Source: an uncultured Elusimicrobia bacterium (GTDB lineage: Bacteria > RUG730). Taken from it: 62,347 nt of DNA. A program made the translations under genes and the position numbers. Under the pieces are notes generated by a model that saw only the letters and a list, made by a program, of their open reading frames with translations, was not told the origin of the DNA and searched no databases. Shown in pieces: positions 58,483-62,347 of this stretch. The DNA lies in contig ONXP01000020.1 of assembly GCA_900321865.1 (NCBI GenBank), positions 1-62,347 of the forward strand. The letters run 5' to 3'. How positions within the stretch are numbered: the stretch's first letter is position 1; each line of letters begins with the position of its first letter.

Positions 58483-59973
58483 ATGGGTATAAGGGTTCGA
58501 TTTGCACCTAGTCCTACTGGATATTTGCATATAGGTGGGGCGAGGACTGCACTTTATAATTATCTTTTTGCAAGACATAATAATGGAAAATTTATTCTAA
58601 GAATAGAGGATACTGATGAAGTTAGATCTACCAAAGAATCTGTAGATGCAATTTTAAAGGGAATGAAATTTTTAGGGCTAGATTATGATGAAGGGCCTTT
58701 TATTAACAAAAAAGGTGAAATAGAGGAAAAAGGGAATTTTGGACCATATTTCCAGACACAAAGAATTTTTTTGTATAAAGATTTTGTTGATAAACTTTTA
58801 AAAGAAGGAAAAGCTTATAAATGTTATTGCACTGTAGAAGAATTGGCAAAAAAAAGAGAGTTGTCAAATTTAGAAAAAAGACCTCCAAAATATGATAATC
58901 ATTGCAGACATTTAACGCACGACCAGATTTTAAATTATGAAAAAGAAGGACGAAAGCCTGTTATTAGATTTTTTAATGATGGATTGGGAGAGACAAAATT
59001 TAATGATATCATAAAAGGTGAAATTAGCTTTAATAATTCGCTTTTGGATGATTTTGTGATAGTAAAGTCTAGTGGAATCCCTATATATAATTTTGCTGTG
59101 GTTTTAGATGATGCTTTGATGGAAATTAGCCATGTCATAAGAGGCGATGACCATGTTTCTAATACCCCTAGGCAAATTATGCTCTATAAAGCTATGGGTT
59201 TAAAAATACCAGAATTTGCACATATTCCTATGATTTTAGGAGGTGATGGGGCTAGGCTTTCTAAAAGACACGGAGCGACTTCAGTTTTGGCTTATAAGGA
59301 TATGGGATATTTGAGCGAGGCTTTGGTTAATTATTTGTCACTTTTGGGGTGGTCTACGAGCGATAGTCAGCAAATTTTTAAATTTAATGAGCTGATAGAA
59401 AAATTTGATTTATATAGATGTAATTCTAGTGCTGCTATATTTGACAATAAAAAACTTGATTGGATGAATGGAGAATATATTAGATCAAAAACTAAAGATG
59501 AATTTTTTGAGTTAGCTGTGATAGAACTAGAAAAATCAGGACTCATTACTAGAGAAAAAGCCATTGAAAAAAAAGCAGAATTAGAAAAAATTTTAAGTTT
59601 AGAACATGAAAAAGTAAAACATTTAACTGAAATTCCTGAGCTTTATGATTTTATGCTTTTAGATGAGATTAATTATAATGAAAAAGATGCAGAAAAAGTT
59701 TTTAAAAAAGATCCAGTTAATACGAAAAAAATTTTAGTCGAAATTAACGAAGAAATGAAAAAGATAGGAAACTTTTCAGCAGAAAATATAGAAAAACTTT
59801 TTAGAGAATATTCTGAAAAAAATAATATTAAAACCAGTCTTATTTTTCATCCGGTTAGGGTTGCTACATCCGGCAGGGCAAAGGGGCCAAGCCTATTTCA
59901 TTATATGGAAATTTTGGGCAAAGAAAAAGTAATGTCTAGAATAAATAAAACACTTTCTAAATATTTTAATTAA
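58483..59973 (+). CDS. gltX: Glutamyl-tRNA synthetase
   Basis: The HIGH motif is PTGYLHIGGART and the KMSKS-type motif is RLSKRHG. A CxC...C zinc-binding insertion is present. Confidence 0.93.
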   Translation: MGIRVRFAPSPTGYLHIGGARTALYNYLFARHNNGKFILRIEDTDEVRSTKESVDAILKGMKFLGLDYDEGPFINKKGEIEEKGNFGPYFQTQRIFLYKDFVDKLLKEGKAYKCYCTVEELAKKRELSNLEKRPPKYDNHCRHLTHDQILNYEKEGRKPVIRFFNDGLGETKFNDIIKGEISFNNSLLDDFVIVKSSGIPIYNFAVVLDDALMEISHVIRGDDHVSNTPRQIMLYKAMGLKIPEFAHIPMILGGDGARLSKRHGATSVLAYKDMGYLSEALVNYLSLLGWSTSDSQQIFKFNELIEKFDLYRCNSSAAIFDNKKLDWMNGEYIRSKTKDEFFELAVIELEKSGLITREKAIEKKAELEKILSLEHEKVKHLTEIPELYDFMLLDEINYNEKDAEKVFKKDPVNTKKILVEINEEMKKIGNFSAENIEKLFREYSEKNNIKTSLIFHPVRVATSGRAKGPSLFHYMEILGKEKVMSRINKTLSKYFN

Positions 59974-60026
59974 ACTCTATTCTTTTTGTATAGGACTTGA
60001 TTTACAATTAAATTTTTTATTTTATC

Positions 60027-60075
60027 AAAAATCCAAAATCTTTTTTATTTTTTAGAAGGTTTTGGATTTTTTTTG
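60027..60075 (+). terminator. Possible terminator after gltX (AT-rich hairpin)
   Basis: AAAATCCAAAA pairs with TTTTGGATTTT (11 bp) across a ~21-nt loop, followed by a T run. The stem is weak and the loop is long. Confidence 0.35.
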
Positions 60076-60284
60076 TTTTTTTAAGCAAAATCTTATATGT
60101 TTTTCATATTTATCTTTTTTTAAATATTTTTATGTCTTTATTTAAACTTTTTCTTTTTTAATATATAAAATTTTAAAAATAAAACATTATTTATCAATCA
60201 AAACTTCTTTAATTATTTTAAAATAAAAAATCTTTCAAAATAATATTTTTATAAAATACTTATATAGAAAGAATTTGATGTCAG

Positions 60285-60314
60285 TTTAAAATGTTTCATA
60301 TGAAACATTTTAAA
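60285..60314. repeat. 30-bp perfect palindrome TTTAAAATGTTTCATATGAAACATTTTAAA
   Basis: I checked it base by base: 15 of 15 positions pair around the centre between 60299 and 60300. It lies in the convergent gltX/radA spacer, 100 nt beyond the radA stop. Confidence 0.95.
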
Positions 60315-60413
60315 AATATCTGTAAATTTTCGTTAATGGATTGAATTGAATTATTAAAAATGATTAAATCTTTATAGTGTTTTAGAGTTTTTTTTGATAA
60401 ATTTTATTAAAAA

Positions 60414-61748
60414 TCAAAGAAATTTTTTTAAAAATTGCAAAAGCTCATAAACATTTTTTATATTAATTGTCTCAATAATTTGCGATTTTATATCGGTATT
60501 AGCTGTCACTATTTTTTTTATGCCAAAATTTTCCATTCTTTTTAATCTGTTATGCATCGATGAAATTTTTCTAATTTCTCCAGAAAGCCCGATTTCTCCT
60601 ATAAAAGAATAAGTTTTTGGAATAGAAATTTCCAAATAGCTAGAAATTATAGCCGAAACAATGGCAAGGTCTATAGAGATATCTTTTATTTTCATTCCGC
60701 CAACGACATTTACAAAAATATCTTGATTATATAAATTAAATTTTAATTTTTTCTCTAGAACTGCGATTAAAAAAAAGATCCTGTTTATATCGTAGCCTGT
60801 GACTTGTCTTTTTCCAAATCCAGAACCGTTTTTACTAACTAGTGCCTGGACTTCTATATTAATAGGCATTGTACCTTCTATGATGCTACTAATAATATTG
60901 CCTGCTGAGGAATTCATATTTTGGTTGTTGTAAAAAATTTTATCTGGATCTAAAACTTCTTTTAATCCAAAAGAAGTCATTTCAAAGACTGCTATTTCAT
61001 CAATATTGCCAAATCTATTTTTAAAACTTTTGATTATTCTATAAATACCTTTATCGTCTTCAAAATATAAAACCGTATCAACCAAATGCTCTAAAATCTT
61101 TGGGCCTGCCAGATTTCCATCCTTTGTGATATGACCTATTAAAATTATCGAAATATTTTTTTCTTTGCAAATTTTAAGTAAATTTATGGTAATGTCTTTT
61201 ATTTGAGTAATAGAGCCTATTGGAGTAAAAATTTCAGGATTATAGATGGTTTGAATAGAATCAATTATCACTAAATCTATTTTTTCGTTAGAAATAGCAT
61301 CTTTTATGTTCAAAAAATTTGGAGTGCATAAAATGAAAATATTTTCTGATTTTATATTTAATCTTTTGGTATGCATTTTTATTTGTGAAAAAGATTCTTC
61401 TCCAGAAACATACAAAACATTTTTTTTAGATTTGTCGGCTATTTCTAAAACTATAGATGATTTGCCTATTCCAGGAGCTCCACCTAATAATATAAAACTA
61501 CCTCTGACTATCCCTCCACCCAAAATTCTATCTATTTCTGATATTCCAGATGAAAATTTAAGGATATTTTCTTCTTTTATATCATTTATTTTTATTGGTA
61601 AAATTTTGTCAAGATTTGTTGAAGAAGGTAAAACTGTTTCTTTAAATTTTTCAAAACTGTTCCATGTGGAACATTCAGGGCATTTTCCTAACCATTTTTT
61701 AGTGATATATCCACAAGCAGAACAAACAAAAGATGTTTTTTCTTTCAT
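60414..61748 (-). CDS. radA: DNA repair protein RadA (Sms)
   Basis: It has an N-terminal zinc finger (CSACGYITKKWLGKCPEC), Walker A GGAPGIGKSS, the KNRFG motif and a C-terminal Lon-like domain. Confidence 0.93.
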   Translation of the reverse strand: MKEKTSFVCSACGYITKKWLGKCPECSTWNSFEKFKETVLPSSTNLDKILPIKINDIKEENILKFSSGISEIDRILGGGIVRGSFILLGGAPGIGKSSIVLEIADKSKKNVLYVSGEESFSQIKMHTKRLNIKSENIFILCTPNFLNIKDAISNEKIDLVIIDSIQTIYNPEIFTPIGSITQIKDITINLLKICKEKNISIILIGHITKDGNLAGPKILEHLVDTVLYFEDDKGIYRIIKSFKNRFGNIDEIAVFEMTSFGLKEVLDPDKIFYNNQNMNSSAGNIISSIIEGTMPINIEVQALVSKNGSGFGKRQVTGYDINRIFFLIAVLEKKLKFNLYNQDIFVNVVGGMKIKDISIDLAIVSAIISSYLEISIPKTYSFIGEIGLSGEIRKISSMHNRLKRMENFGIKKIVTANTDIKSQIIETINIKNVYELLQFLKKFL

Positions 61749-61969
61749 TTATAAAATCCTAAAACGATGATAGAACCTAGATTGAAATCGCTTTCATATT
61801 CATATATAAAGCCATATTTATCTAAAAGTTTTCTAGTTATGTTTTGAAAAACAGCACTATTTCCTGTGATAATCCGAATAGGGCATTCATTTTGGTACAT
61901 CAAAACAAAATTTTCTATTTTTAATTCTGCATCGCTATGAAGTGTGCCGTGTAAATCTATTTGTTTCAT
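61745..61969 (-). CDS. Minimal Smr (small MutS-related) domain protein (74 aa)
   Basis: IDLHG begins at residue 4, followed by IRIITGNS and LGSIIV, as in the Smr fold pattern. There is a 4-nt overlap with the radA start. Confidence 0.55.
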   Translation of the reverse strand: MKQIDLHGTLHSDAELKIENFVLMYQNECPIRIITGNSAVFQNITRKLLDKYGFIYEYESDFNLGSIIVLGFYK

Positions 61970-62262
61970 ATTTTCCCTAGATTTTATTATTTTTAACGTT
62001 TTTATATTTTAAATTTTTGATTCTAAAAATATGAATTAATTTAAACATATTTATATATTTATTTTAAATATTTTTTATGATTTGAAAATAAAAATAATAA
62101 TTTCTTTATAGGTTGATTATAAATTTATAAAAATTTATCAAATATAAATAGAATATAAAAAATTAAAGTGGATTTTAAATTTTAAAAACATAAAATGGAC
62201 GAAAAGACATAAAAAAGTTTAAACTATAGATACAAATATTAAGACTTTTAAAAAATAAAGTT

Positions 62263-62347
62263 TTATTTTTCTGTTTGCAGTTGCAAGGCTTCAAAATCAA
62301 AGTCATTAAATTTTTCAACAAATTTATAAAGCAAAGAAAGCCTAGTA
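62263..62347 (-). CDS. 3' end of an unidentified minus-strand CDS entering from the right edge
   Basis: The open frame reads ...TRLSLLYKFVEKFNDFDFEALQLQTEK and stops at TAA (complement of 62263-62265). Only 27 codons are visible, so no function can be assigned. Confidence 0.3.
   Translation of the reverse strand, partial: TRLSLLYKFVEKFNDFDFEALQLQTEK

Noticed and set aside
60285-60314. I considered whether the 30-bp palindrome is a dif (XerC/D) site.
   Set aside because: Only about 7 of 11 positions match the XerD-arm consensus as I recall it, and dif sites are imperfect palindromes. A terminus site would also not be expected within about 30 kb of dnaA, dnaN and the candidate origin.

Overview
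This is a 62.3-kb, very AT-rich and tightly packed chromosomal segment. It comes from a diderm bacterium, since TamB-like, FadL-like, other beta-barrel and O-antigen-ligase-like genes are present. I cannot assign a phylum from the sequence. UGA is used as a stop codon, so the genetic code is standard.

I support about 56 CDS and 2 tRNA genes: Thr-GGU, and Ala-GGC on the minus strand. I found no rRNA, CRISPR array, transposase, integrase or phage gene.

The content is mostly housekeeping:
- Replication and repair: dnaA, dnaN, dprA, radA, ogg.
- Translation: rpmB, the infC-rpmI-rplT operon, gltX, mnmG, a CCA-adding enzyme family gene.
- Cell wall and shape: murE, mrdA, mreD, a SEDS gene, an M23 peptidase.
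- Metabolism: pgi, PPi-type pfk, ilvBNC, argF, hisC-like, ndk, nadK, a ribD reductase-only gene, gldA-like.
- Ion transport: Trk/Ktr, NhaP2-like, CorC-like, V-ATPase K and E subunits.
- Envelope: an MlaF/MCE pair, DUF374, glycan genes, a TamB-like giant.

One gene is missing from the ORF track. An edge-truncated type I R-M specificity gene (hsdS) occupies nt 1-1249 on the minus strand.

I do not see a clear-cut, self-contained novel system. These are the observations most worth a second look:
- A 409-bp AT-rich spacer upstream of dnaN carries a cluster of DnaA-box-like TTATACA motifs, a candidate oriC 16 kb from dnaA.
- A small beta-barrel gene sits directly in front of a 1821-aa, extremely AT-rich TamB-like gene.
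- An orphan Na+-type V-ATPase K/E pair is wedged between rimI and a gldA-like gene.
- An exported protein appears to contain two SpoVG-like repeats.
- An MlaF/MCE pair lacks an adjacent permease.
- An (ATTTTAG)4 repeat lies upstream of a GT-C-like membrane protein.
- A 12-bp in-frame repeat lies in the hsdS spacer helix.
- A strong terminator/attenuator lies in the infC leader.
- A 30-bp perfect palindrome lies between gltX and radA.

All functional calls come from motif recognition by eye. No database search was run.
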